A stretch of 64,000 nt of DNA, from positions 2,464,001-2,528,000 of the forward strand of contig OZ243927.1 in the NCBI GenBank assembly GCA_965213925.1. Direction: 5' to 3'. A program made the translations under genes and the position numbers. Origin of the DNA: Trueperaceae bacterium. Its GTDB lineage: Bacteria > Deinococcota > Deinococci > Deinococcales > Trueperaceae. The notes beneath the pieces are model-generated. The model saw only the letters and a program-made list of their open reading frames with translations, did not search any database and was not told the origin of the DNA. This document shows positions 38,115 through 47,242 of this stretch, in pieces (position 1 is the first letter of the stretch; each line of letters starts with the position of its first letter).

Positions 38115-39056
38115 ATGCGCAACCTCTTTGCCCTGCTCGTCCTCTCACTTTTTACATTGGCAAGCGCCCAAAGCGTCGGCTTATCCCTCTCGACGCTCAA
38201 TAACCCCTTTTTCGTCACCCTGCGCGACGGCGCTCAGGCGGCGGCGGACGAAGCGGGCTATGAACTCATCGTCACCGACGCGCAAGACAGCGTCAGCACG
38301 CAGATTTCCGACATCGAAGACTTGGTGCAGCGCGGCGTGGACGCGCTCATCATCAACGCGACGGACTCGGACGCGGTGGTGCCTGCGGTGCGCTCTGCCA
38401 ATGACGCGGGTATTCCTGTGATTGCGGTGGACAGGGCGATTAACGGCGGTACGGTTGCCTATTTTATCTCGTCGGATAACGTCGCAGGCGGGCGTTTGGC
38501 GGCGGAATTTATCTGTAACCAGTTGGGTAGCGAGGGCAATATCGTGGAGTTGGAGGGCATTCCCGGTGCTAGCGCGACCAGGGAGCGCGGGCAAGGGTTC
38601 AGTGAGTACATGAATAACGAGTGCTCGAGCGCCGAAATCATCGCCAGCCAAACCGCCAACTTCAACCGTGCCGAGGGGCTTTCCGTCATGGAGAACATCC
38701 TCGTGGCGCAACCCGACATCGGCGCGGTCTTCGCCCACAACGACGAGATGGCGTTGGGCGCACTCCAGGCGGTCGAGCCGAGCGGACGCGATATGCTCGT
38801 GGTCGGCTTCGACGGGACGGACGACGCGCGGCAAGCGGTGGAGGAATGCCGCTTGGCCGCAACCGTCGCGCAGCGCCCGGACCAGCTCGGGGAAGAGGCG
38901 ATCGGCGCGGCGGAGCGTGCGGTGGGCGGCGAAGTGCCGAGTGAGACGGAGAGCATCGCGGTGGAGTTGGAACTCGTCACCAACGCCGAATGCGAAGGCA
39001 TCAGTGCAACGGGGACAGGCAGCGGAACAGGTGGTAGCGGGACGGGTGGCAATTGA
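38115..39056 (+). CDS. rbsB: Ribose ABC transporter substrate-binding protein
   Basis: STLNNPFF, SDNVAGG, ATRERGQGF, FAHNDEMALGA, GFDG. Confidence 0.9.
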   Translation: MRNLFALLVLSLFTLASAQSVGLSLSTLNNPFFVTLRDGAQAAADEAGYELIVTDAQDSVSTQISDIEDLVQRGVDALIINATDSDAVVPAVRSANDAGIPVIAVDRAINGGTVAYFISSDNVAGGRLAAEFICNQLGSEGNIVELEGIPGASATRERGQGFSEYMNNECSSAEIIASQTANFNRAEGLSVMENILVAQPDIGAVFAHNDEMALGALQAVEPSGRDMLVVGFDGTDDARQAVEECRLAATVAQRPDQLGEEAIGAAERAVGGEVPSETESIAVELELVTNAECEGISATGTGSGTGGSGTGGN

Positions 39057-39071
39057 CCTCTTCTCGTGAGG

Positions 39072-39100
39072 GGCTGAGTAGAACGACTGCTCAGCCTTTT
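39072..39100 (+). terminator. Hairpin plus T-tract after rbsB
   Basis: GGCTGAGTAG...CTGCTCAGCC-TTTT. Confidence 0.6.
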
Positions 39101-39105
39101 AACCT

Positions 39106-39504
39106 ATGAAGCGCTCTGGCATCCTTCACGGCGAACTCTCCCTTCTCGTCGCCTCATTGGGTCACGGCGACCTCTTGGTGATTGGGGACGCGGGCTTGCC
39201 CGTTCCCGCCGGCGTTCCTGTGGTCGACTTGGCACTCAAACCTGGTGTGCCCTCGTTCTCTGATACCGTTCAGACCATCCTCGAGGAACTCGTCGTCGAA
39301 AGAGGATTCGCCAATGCGGAGCAGCCAGACGTCTCACCGGATGCGGCGGCGGAACTCGAGACAACTTGGTTGGAGAATGTGCCGCTCGAGCGCATCCCTC
39401 ACGAGGATTTGAAAGAGATGTCAGCAAAAGCTAAGGCCATCGTGCGTACGGGTGAATTCACACCGTACTGCAACCTCATCCTCGTGGCGGGCGTGCCTTT
39501 TTGA
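39106..39504 (+). CDS. rbsD: D-ribose pyranase
   Basis: MKRSGILH, LGHGD, DAGLP, RTGEFTPYCN, GVPF. Confidence 0.95.
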   Translation: MKRSGILHGELSLLVASLGHGDLLVIGDAGLPVPAGVPVVDLALKPGVPSFSDTVQTILEELVVERGFANAEQPDVSPDAAAELETTWLENVPLERIPHEDLKEMSAKAKAIVRTGEFTPYCNLILVAGVPF

Positions 39505-39597
39505 TGATTTGGCGGTGTACCACGTTTTGTGTATGAGATTATGCAAGCTCGCGAGAGGAACGGTTCAGTCGCGGCACGAATGCAAAACGGGACACCC

Positions 39598-40833
39598 TTA
39601 GCGGCTTTCGGTGTCGGCACGCCGCTCGAGCCACCGCAAAATACTTGAGGCCCCCAGCGTCAGCGCGATGTAGATCACGGCAGCGGTGTTGAAGGGCGGA
39701 ATATTATTGAGCCGCGCCGCCGCGAACTCCCTAGCAAGGCGGAAGATATCGCCCGTGCCGATGACCGAGACGAGCGCCGTGTCTTTGAACATCGCGATGA
39801 ACTCGTTGCCGAGGGGCGGAATCACGATTTTAAGCGCCTGCGGCAGGACGACGAAGCGCGAGACCTGCCAGCCCGAAAGCCCCAGCGCCTTCGCCGCCTC
39901 CCGCTGACCTTTTGGTACCGCTTGAATCCCAGCGCGAAAAATCTCCGCCATGAACGCGGCGTACGCGAGTCCAACCGCTAACGTTCCCCGTTGTAAATCG
40001 CGCAAAAAGCGGTTGTCGGGTTCGAAGAGCAGCCCTAAACGCCCCAACTCGCCAGGCAACACGAGCCCGATAAAGACGATGAGCACGATCATCGGGATGC
40101 CGCGCACGATGTCGATGTAGAGTTCGGCGAAGATGGCTAAGGGGTGTTCGCCGGAGTGCCAGCTCGCGAAGGTCAGCAGCAAAACGATGACGCTGAGTGC
40201 CCCGATGACTGCTAGCATATTGAGCCTCGAGGTGGGCAGCACCGACGTTTCCCACAGCACCGGCGTATCTTCGGGGACGACCTCTCTCGGCACGAGCGCG
40301 CCCGTGTAAGTTCCTGACGCGACGCGGTCCAACGCCGCTTGCGCGCTCGGCACCGCCCGGAAGCGCCGTTCGGGTGCGCCCTCTTCGTAGGTCCCTTGGC
40401 GCACTGCGTCCGAGAGGTTGTCGGGCGTGCCGCTGACAATCGCCACCGTGCCCTCCGGCTCGCCGATGAGGACGTACTGCTGTTTGGGTAAGAGATAGAG
40501 GCTCACTGCTACCGCTGCGAGAAGAGACCCGACCACGAGAAAGATAAGCACGCTGCGCGGTCCTATCTCTAAAAACTGCAAGCCCGCCAAGACCAGCCCC
40601 CACACGAACGCGAGCGTGTAAGAGGTCAGCGTAAGCGTCACCGTCATGGCGATACCCGGCAAGATAAAGCGCAGGGCGTCTTGATAGGTACTGTTGAAAA
40701 TAAAGAGGTAGATGAAGAGGGGGAGGAGCGCCAGTAGAACGAGGTAGCTCGGTTTGACACGCCCTAAAAGCCTACCGTAAGGGCGCGTTACCCCTCGAAC
40801 GTCGCGTTCAGCATCAGGATTAGAAGTCGCCAT
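39598..40833 (-). CDS. Polar amino-acid ABC permease with an inserted extracytoplasmic domain
   Basis: YIDIVRGIP, AEIFRAGIQAVPKGQREAAKALGL, PPLGNEFIAMFKDTAL; ~130 extra aa after TM1. Confidence 0.88.
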   Translation of the reverse strand: MATSNPDAERDVRGVTRPYGRLLGRVKPSYLVLLALLPLFIYLFIFNSTYQDALRFILPGIAMTVTLTLTSYTLAFVWGLVLAGLQFLEIGPRSVLIFLVVGSLLAAVAVSLYLLPKQQYVLIGEPEGTVAIVSGTPDNLSDAVRQGTYEEGAPERRFRAVPSAQAALDRVASGTYTGALVPREVVPEDTPVLWETSVLPTSRLNMLAVIGALSVIVLLLTFASWHSGEHPLAIFAELYIDIVRGIPMIVLIVFIGLVLPGELGRLGLLFEPDNRFLRDLQRGTLAVGLAYAAFMAEIFRAGIQAVPKGQREAAKALGLSGWQVSRFVVLPQALKIVIPPLGNEFIAMFKDTALVSVIGTGDIFRLAREFAAARLNNIPPFNTAAVIYIALTLGASSILRWLERRADTESR

Positions 40834-40846
40834 AGGGAAATACCGC

Positions 40847-40882
40847 TAAAAGAAGACGCCCTACGGTTGGAGTAGGGCGTCT
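40847..40882 (-). terminator. Hairpin/terminator between SBP and permease
   Basis: AGACGCCCTAC...GTAGGGCGTCT with a T-run on the minus strand. Confidence 0.65.
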
Positions 40883-40896
40883 CTAAGTCGCTTAGT

Positions 40897-41739
40897 CTAC
40901 TGGCTCATCTCGCTGTCGCCGAGGTTGTATTCGGCGCGGATTTCGTCTAAGGTACCGTCCGCTTGAATAGCAGCAAGCCCCGCATTAAAGGCGTCGATAA
41001 GCTCGTCGCCCTCTTCGAAGACGAAGCCTAGAGGCTCACCGTCCGAAAGACCGCGAATATTGACGACGAGGTCGCCCGCGTACTGGTTTTCGAACTCGAC
41101 GGCGGTGATGTCGTCTAGGATGACGCCGTCCACGTCGCCCTGCAAAAGCGCTTGCACCGCGCTGTTAAAGTCGTCGTAGGAGACGGTGCGCTCTTCGCCG
41201 ACGAGTTCAAGCGCCAAATTGTAGTTCGTCGTGCCGAGCTGTGAGCCGAGCAAGAGGTCGCTGTCCTCAGCGGTGAAGTCTTCGGCGGTCAAGTCTTCAT
41301 TCTCCACGGTCGTCGCAATCGCCTGCTGCACGAGAATATAGGGGTCGCTGAAGTCCGCCGTTTGGTCGCGCTCGTCGGTAATCGTGACGCCCGAGGCGAT
41401 CATGTCGAAGTCTTGGAAGGTGCCCGCGCCGATCGCGGCGACGAGCCCATCCCAGGCGTAGGTCTGAAACTCCGGTTCGCAGTTGACGCGCTCGCAGACG
41501 GCGTTCACCACGTCCACGTCGAAGCCGACGATTTCGCCCGCGTCGTTGACGGTTTCAAAGGGCGGGTAGGTCGTATCTGAGCCGACGATGATGGTTTGTC
41601 CGCCCAAATCCATCGCCGCGCCTTGCATGGCTCCGCCCGTGTCCATGCCACCTGTTGCTCCGCCCGTGGATTGCGCACTACCAAGAGAGAGGCTGAAACC
41701 TAGCGTGAGTGCGGTAAGTAGCGTGATAGCAAATCTCAT
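40897..41739 (-). CDS. Polar amino-acid ABC substrate-binding protein (family 3)
   Basis: DTTYPPFE, GFDVDV, SGVTITDER, DFSDPY, ADGTLDEI. Confidence 0.93.
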   Translation of the reverse strand: MRFAITLLTALTLGFSLSLGSAQSTGGATGGMDTGGAMQGAAMDLGGQTIIVGSDTTYPPFETVNDAGEIVGFDVDVVNAVCERVNCEPEFQTYAWDGLVAAIGAGTFQDFDMIASGVTITDERDQTADFSDPYILVQQAIATTVENEDLTAEDFTAEDSDLLLGSQLGTTNYNLALELVGEERTVSYDDFNSAVQALLQGDVDGVILDDITAVEFENQYAGDLVVNIRGLSDGEPLGFVFEEGDELIDAFNAGLAAIQADGTLDEIRAEYNLGDSEMSQ

Positions 41740-41918
41740 AAATCTCCTTTTCGGGTTCGCGTATGCGAATGTATGAGGTTGCGGGACGGTATGTTCTCCA
41801 TCCCGAGTGACAACAACGTTAGATACTTCACATAATAATACCTAGTTTAGCGCGTGCTAAGCAAGACAGAAAGGTTAATGAAGGTTCCAAAAGGCTCGAG
41901 CCCGAAGTCTATTCGCAC

Positions 41919-42743
41919 TTAGCGTTCGTCGCCGACGCGGTTCTCCTGCATCCACCTAACCGCCCAATCCACGAGCGGACGCTGCTTCATAAAACGCGCT
42001 TCTGCACGCCCGACAGCGTGACGCTTTATCCCCTGCGCTTCCTCGTAAGCGTCACCCAACGTCCCGAAGTCGTCCGGTTCCCAATCTAGCGACTGGAACG
42101 TGACCCAGCGCCGCTCGCCCTCTTTGATCATCGCCGCGCCCTCTTCCGCGTACGTTTTACCGGGAAAGTCGGCGCGGTATTCGGCGAGGTGGAGCGAGGT
42201 GTTGTTCCTATGTCCGACGCCGAGCAGCAAGATGTGACCGTCTAACTCGTAGAGCGTGCCGAGCGGCGAAGCGTCGCCAAACTCCTCTTCTAAGGGGTGC
42301 GTCTCGGTGAGTTGCGCCGCGTTAGGTCCAAGTGCGGCGAACGAGCCGATAGGATGAACGCTCCGCATAACGCCCGGATACGTGCGGAAGAGTTCGGCGA
42401 CGCGCCCCATCTGCCGCGTCGGGGTGATGCGCGGGTCAAAGGCGGGCATCGAGGCGCGAATCGTCTCCCACCAAGATTCGGGTACGCCCGGATTCTCCCA
42501 GTTCGACGGGTCGGTGTTGCTCGTCGTGTGCGCGGGCATCATCAGCGTACCCGTCGGACCGAGCACCTCTAAAAGCGCCCCGATCACCGCCACCGGACCG
42601 CCACAGACCCAACCGAGGGTGCTCATCGCCGTGTGAACGAGGACGGTCTGCCCCGGCGCTAAGCCGCACGCCGCTAACTGCTCCGCGAGCGAGTGGGCGG
42701 TAAGGGGCTGCGCGTCGGGGTGAATGGTATCAGCTTCGGGCAT
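41919..42743 (-). CDS. AAC(3)-family (YokD-like) N-acetyltransferase
   Basis: VLVHTAMSTLGWVCGG, GTLMMPAHT, RSVHP, NTSLHLAE. Confidence 0.9.
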   Translation of the reverse strand: MPEADTIHPDAQPLTAHSLAEQLAACGLAPGQTVLVHTAMSTLGWVCGGPVAVIGALLEVLGPTGTLMMPAHTTSNTDPSNWENPGVPESWWETIRASMPAFDPRITPTRQMGRVAELFRTYPGVMRSVHPIGSFAALGPNAAQLTETHPLEEEFGDASPLGTLYELDGHILLLGVGHRNNTSLHLAEYRADFPGKTYAEEGAAMIKEGERRWVTFQSLDWEPDDFGTLGDAYEEAQGIKRHAVGRAEARFMKQRPLVDWAVRWMQENRVGDER

Positions 42744-42819
42744 AGGGCTGCTCTGCGGTTCTTTGATGCTTATGACGCTATGATACTCCAAGAGGCAGTT
42801 GGGTTAAGTGGTTCTCGCG

Positions 42820-42901
42820 GGACAGTGCCGAGCAGGTGTCGGGCTGGCGGGTGGATGAGCCGCCCTTAGATTTGCAGGGGATTTGCCCGGAGTGTCAGTA
42901 G
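42820..42901 (+). pseudogene. Fur/PerR-family regulator C-terminal relic
   Basis: Hand translation SAEQVSGWRVDEPPLDLQGICPECQ-stop (terminal CxxC). Confidence 0.55.
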
Positions 42902-43029
42902 AGCACCATCGACTGAATCAAAAAACTACAAGTGTACCGTCTCCTTTTACCGCACAGCACCAATACCCTTGCTCGTACCAATAGAACAAGTCTAAGAAAA
43001 AGCGGTCATTAAAGAGGTGTTGTAAGGAT

Positions 43030-43140
43030 AATTTCGTTCAGGGCTGAAGAATCTCCTTACTGGTCAGGCAATTAGAGATTCTTCATCAGGCGAAGTCTAT
43101 CCTGTACAGGGCTCCACTTCGTTTCGTCTAGAATGACACA
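43030..43140. repeat. TGTCAT...GAAGAATCT family repeat (inverted, partial copy)
   Basis: GAAGAATCTC...GAGATTCTTC hairpin; AGTCTATCCT and AGAATGACA are reverse complements of motifs in the 23810 and 53575 copies. Confidence 0.65.
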
Positions 43141-43250
43141 CTGGCGCTAGGCTCAACCGACTTCTGAGGGTGTCTCTCAAGTTGTGTGAAGTTTGTTACG
43201 CGAACCTCTTCTATACCAAAGGCAGTTGAAGGCATATTACTAAGGTCTAA

Positions 43251-43838
43251 TTAGCGTTTAAGGAAGGGCTGTTCCGCTAATTCACCAGGACGCTGAACAC
43301 AGCGGTCCGTACCGCTGGCTCCGAAGCGCAACTCATCGCCTGTGACCGCGATCAGATCGAGGTCTACGCAGTCGGAAACGTTAAACAGCGGGGCAGCACA
43401 CCCATCTGAGACATCAACAGGGCGATCCACTATAAGCCCACAGTCGTCAAGGCCAGAAGCCTCGAAGAGTGCTGGAGCGTCCGTGAAGATGGTAATCATA
43501 GAGGACGTGTTGACGAGGTCGATATTGAAAGCTTCCGGAACTGCTTTGGATGGTCCAGCCAGCGTGTAAGGTCCTGTCGAGTTGTAGGTAAATAGAGGTT
43601 GCTCGAGAGATTGATCGGTGAATACCTCGACCTTTAAGGTTTCGCTAGCGGCGTCGATAACGACAGTTTGACGTACGTAGAAGGTCATATCTTCAAGAGT
43701 AAACGGTACGCTATCTTGAACCCACGTTCCGATAATGCGCTCTTCGATATCAACGGCTGCAGACGGCTGCGCCCATCCAATAGCGGCAGCGATGGCCGTA
43801 ACTAATAGGAACGACCTGAGTAGTTTTAATTTGAACAT
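43251..43838 (-). CDS. Secreted protein, APCDD1-like domain
   Basis: ATG 43838 with RBS; signal peptide; GTW...F.VR, FTD...PLFT...GPY...PS..V, CG, DVSDGC, C.D.DL, L.FG, C..RP..L pattern. Confidence 0.6.
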   Translation of the reverse strand: MFKLKLLRSFLLVTAIAAAIGWAQPSAAVDIEERIIGTWVQDSVPFTLEDMTFYVRQTVVIDAASETLKVEVFTDQSLEQPLFTYNSTGPYTLAGPSKAVPEAFNIDLVNTSSMITIFTDAPALFEASGLDDCGLIVDRPVDVSDGCAAPLFNVSDCVDLDLIAVTGDELRFGASGTDRCVQRPGELAEQPFLKR

Positions 43839-44147
43839 AGCGAGTATCCTTTCACCTAGAGGTTTGATACGGAGGTATAAGGAATAGTCATCAGTCACAC
43901 GACTTAGATGAGTTCTTCCGCTTAGAGGTTTCTCCGTTAAGTGTTTTGGCTCTCCCTTCTTTCGCTACCTTAGAGTCTTACGTAGCGGGAGAGTCAAGAG
44001 AAACTCCAAGTGCAGCATCTAAGACCACACGTAATACCTTCAAACTACTTCTCCTAAAAAAGCACTGCTATGTGAGGTCCGTTACTCGAGCCCCGCCCCA
44101 TACTCGAAACCACACCGAAAGCCAGAAACAAAGGTCACACGCTTACC

Positions 44148-44176
44148 TTGTTACCTCTTACACTAAGTGCTAAAAT
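44148..44176 (+). promoter_or_regulatory. Sigma70 promoter of the nuo operon
   Basis: TTGTTA-17 nt-TAAAAT with an extended TG. Confidence 0.6.
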
Positions 44177-44190
44177 ACCCTTTGTAGAGG

Positions 44191-44208
44191 TTGTGAAAAG
44201 CCGCACGA
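44191..44208 (+). promoter_or_regulatory. Putative Rex operator
   Basis: TTGTGAAAAGCCGCACGA versus consensus TTGTGAAnnnnTTCACAA, just downstream of the promoter. Confidence 0.5.
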
Positions 44209-44255
44209 GGCGGTTTGGTCCGGTGTAAAATAGTAGACAACTCGAGAGGAGTTCT

Positions 44256-44603
44256 ATGTACCTTCACCTGCTGATGATGTTTTTGGCTGCCGGTCTTATC
44301 GGTGCACTCGCGCTGATGGTCGGAGCGCTGCTAGGTCCGAAGATGTCGAGCGAGACGAAGCTCGCCGCCTACGAGTCGGGTATTCCCGCTGCTTCAACGG
44401 CACGCGAGCGTTTCCCCGTTCACTTCTACCTCGTCGCGATGCTCTTCATCATCTTCGACATCGAAACGGCGTTCTTCTATCCGCTAGCAGTCAAATTTCA
44501 GGCGCAACCTCAATTCTTATTTGTCCAAGCCATCATCTTCGTGGTGATTTTGGCGGTTGGTTACATCTATATATTGCGAAAAGGCGTTTTAGATTGGAGA
44601 TAG
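44256..44603 (+). CDS. nuoA: NADH-quinone oxidoreductase subunit A
   Basis: YESG, FYLVAMLFIIFDIE, KGVLDW. Confidence 0.96.
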   Translation: MYLHLLMMFLAAGLIGALALMVGALLGPKMSSETKLAAYESGIPAASTARERFPVHFYLVAMLFIIFDIETAFFYPLAVKFQAQPQFLFVQAIIFVVILAVGYIYILRKGVLDWR

Positions 44604-44752
44604 TGCATAGCAGGTCTAGCGGGAGCGTGACCACGCGACTGCATCTGGTCGCAAACGCTCGCACTCGGGAAGACCACTGACTAACCCTCACATGAACAGA
44701 CGATACTTACGTATTTCATTAAGCAGCTAGTACCCGATCCTTGAAAGGACTT

Positions 44753-45289
44753 ATGGCTTTAACAGACCTTTTTACCAAAGATATACAGGAACTCGAGAAC
44801 GAGGGCATCCTCTTTTCCTCACTAGAAAAACTCGTTGCCTGGGGCAGAAGTAACAGCCTCTGGCCCGCCACCTTCGGCTTGGCGTGCTGCGCCATCGAGA
44901 TGATGCAGTCCACGAACGCCCGCAACGACTTAGCCCGCTTCGGCTCCGAAGTCTTTCGCGCCTCGCCCCGCCAAGCGGACGTGATGATCGTCGCAGGGCG
45001 ACTCTCTAAAAAGATGGCTCCCGTCATGCGCCGCGTCTACGACCAAATGCCCGACCCCAAGTGGGTCATCTCGATGGGCGCGTGTGCGTCGTCGGGCGGT
45101 ATGTTCAACAACTACGCCATCGTGCAGAACGTGGACTCAGTTGTCCCTGTAGACATCTACGTCCCCGGCTGCCCCCCGCGCCCCGAGTCGCTCGTCTACG
45201 GCGTGATGCAGCTTCAGAAAAAGGTGCGTGGCGAGGCGTTTGACAGCGGCGGGATTGAGTTGCCGATGGTGCAGGGGTGGACGAGATGA
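44753..45289 (+). CDS. nuoB: NADH-quinone oxidoreductase subunit B
   Basis: [27 protein letters not shown]. Confidence 0.97.
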   Translation: MALTDLFTKDIQELENEGILFSSLEKLVAWGRSNSLWPATFGLACCAIEMMQSTNARNDLARFGSEVFRASPRQADVMIVAGRLSKKMAPVMRRVYDQMPDPKWVISMGACASSGGMFNNYAIVQNVDSVVPVDIYVPGCPPRPESLVYGVMQLQKKVRGEAFDSGGIELPMVQGWTR

Positions 45290-45295
45290 AAAGCA

Positions 45296-45362
45296 GAGGA
45301 AAGAGAAAAGGACTGAGGACTGAGTTCTTACTTTTACCTCAGTCCTCAGTCCTCAGTCCTTC
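45296..45362. repeat. Heptamer hairpin repeat (AGGACTG/CAGTCCT)
   Basis: aggactg-aggactg ... cagtcct x3. Confidence 0.8.
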
Positions 45363-45377
45363 AAGCGGAGCGACCTC

Positions 45378-45989
45378 ATGAGTTTAGTCGAGCAAGTCAC
45401 CGAAACGCTCAAATCCCTTGACGGTAAGCCCGGTGAATTCAAAGGCATGGTCAGTGTGACGGTGGGGAAAGAGAATATTGTCGAGGCGGTCAAGTCGGCG
45501 AAAGAGGCAGGCTTTGAGATGATCTCGGACGTGATGGGGATTGATTACCTCACCTATCCGGGGCATCAGGGGAAGCGGTTTTCGGTGGCGTATAACCTCT
45601 ACAGCGTGTCGAAAAATGAGCGCATCTTCATCCGGGTGAACGTGGACGACGGGGAGACGCTGCCGACGATTAACCATCTGTGGCGAGGCTCGAGCTTCAT
45701 GGAGCGCGAAGTCTACGACATGTTCGGCGTCGAGTTCGAAGGACACCCCGATTTGCGCAAGATCATCACACCCGAAGATTTAGACGGACACCCCCACCGT
45801 AAAGACTTCCCGCTAGGGGAGACGCCGACGCTCTTTAACGAGGGACGCTTTTTAGACCCCGCCTCGTTCCGCGCTGGCATGACTGGTGAGGATACGGGCA
45901 TGACAGGTTGGCGCGGCGGCGTGCGTAAAGGTGTGGAAAATACAGACCAGGCACTTCATAAGGCAACGGGCGAGACGGGAGACAAGTAA
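45378..45989 (+). CDS. nuoC: NADH-quinone oxidoreductase subunit C
   Basis: EREVYDMFGVEFEGHPDLRKI, GHPHRKDFPL. Confidence 0.96.
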   Translation: MSLVEQVTETLKSLDGKPGEFKGMVSVTVGKENIVEAVKSAKEAGFEMISDVMGIDYLTYPGHQGKRFSVAYNLYSVSKNERIFIRVNVDDGETLPTINHLWRGSSFMEREVYDMFGVEFEGHPDLRKIITPEDLDGHPHRKDFPLGETPTLFNEGRFLDPASFRAGMTGEDTGMTGWRGGVRKGVENTDQALHKATGETGDK

Positions 45990-45992
45990 GCT

Positions 45993-47231
45993 ATGGGCGT
46001 CATCTCAGGACAAGCTGGACACGTACCCGATGCGACCACGCAGGAGACGCCGGGGAGCGAGTTCGAAACCAAGTATATGCGCCTCAACGTCGGACCGCAG
46101 CACCCGAGCACGCACGGCGTCTTGCGCCTCGTGGTGGATTTGGACGGCGAGCGTATCGCGACCATCAAGCCGCAGGTCGGCTACCTCCACTCCGGCTTCG
46201 AAAAGACGATGGAGAACCGCACCTATCAGCAGGGCGTGACCTACTCGAACCGAATGGACTACCTGCACGGCTTCGGGCACGACCTCGCGTATGTCCTCTC
46301 AGCAGAAAAGCTCGTCGGGGCAGAGGTTCCCGTCAGGGCGCAGCAAGTTCGCGTCATCCTCACCGAGCTGAACCGCGTGGCGAGCCACTTGGTTTTCTTC
46401 GGGACAGGCATCCTCGACCTCGGCGCGTTGACGCTCTTTTTCTATACGATGCGCGAGCGCGAGCGGATTTTGGATTTGTTCGAGATGGTCTGCGGCGTGC
46501 GGATGAACTACGGGTACTTCCGCGTAGGCGGGCTCTCCCGCGACGTCCCCGAAGGCTTCACGGACGCGGTGCGAGTTTTCCTCAAGGACTTTCCCAAAAT
46601 GCAGAAGCAGTACGCCACGCTCTTTGCCAAAAACGACATCTTCGTGAACCGCACCAAAAACGTCGGCGTGATGGACAAGGAGACGGCACTCGACTATGGG
46701 CTGACCGGACCCTCGTTAAGAGCGAGTGGCGTACCGCTCGACTTCCGTAAGGCGCAGCCCTACAGCGGCTATGAAAATTACGAGTTCAACGTGCCGACCT
46801 CCGATGCGGGCGACGCCTACCACCGCTTCATGCTCCGCTTTGAGGAGATGGAGGAGAGCCTCAAGATTGTGGAGCAGGCGTTAGACCAGTTAGAGGAAGG
46901 TCCCGTCAAAGACCCCGACCGCCGTATCTCCTTACCGCCCAGGAGCGAGTTAGAGAACAGCATGGAAGCGGTCATCTTCCACTTCAAGCTCGTGACCGAA
47001 GGCTTTCACCCGCCACGCGGTGAGGTGTATGTGCCGACCGAATCCGCAAGAGGTGAACTCGGCTACTACCTCATCTCGGACGGCGGCAGTATGCCCTACC
47101 GCGTGAAGGTGCGCGTGCCGAGTTTGATTAACTTGCAGTCGTTGGAGCCCACCTGTATTGGTGGACTCTTTGCGGACATGGTGGTGAACATCGCGTCGAT
47201 GGACCCGGTGTTGGGGGATGTGGATAAGTAA
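45993..47231 (+). CDS. nuoD: NADH-quinone oxidoreductase subunit D
   Basis: [35 protein letters not shown]. Confidence 0.97.
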   Translation: MGVISGQAGHVPDATTQETPGSEFETKYMRLNVGPQHPSTHGVLRLVVDLDGERIATIKPQVGYLHSGFEKTMENRTYQQGVTYSNRMDYLHGFGHDLAYVLSAEKLVGAEVPVRAQQVRVILTELNRVASHLVFFGTGILDLGALTLFFYTMRERERILDLFEMVCGVRMNYGYFRVGGLSRDVPEGFTDAVRVFLKDFPKMQKQYATLFAKNDIFVNRTKNVGVMDKETALDYGLTGPSLRASGVPLDFRKAQPYSGYENYEFNVPTSDAGDAYHRFMLRFEEMEESLKIVEQALDQLEEGPVKDPDRRISLPPRSELENSMEAVIFHFKLVTEGFHPPRGEVYVPTESARGELGYYLISDGGSMPYRVKVRVPSLINLQSLEPTCIGGLFADMVVNIASMDPVLGDVDK

Positions 47232-47242
47232 GCCGTGCATTT

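Noticed and set aside
41919..42743. Bona fide aminoglycoside resistance gene
   Set aside because: YokD-like AAC(3) homologs are common chromosomal genes; no mobile context, and resistance cannot be inferred from sequence
43010..43212. AGAGGT...ACCTCT IS-like ends (also at ~12125 and ~43924)
   Set aside because: Inverted-repeat match too short and degenerate to call without a genome-wide search
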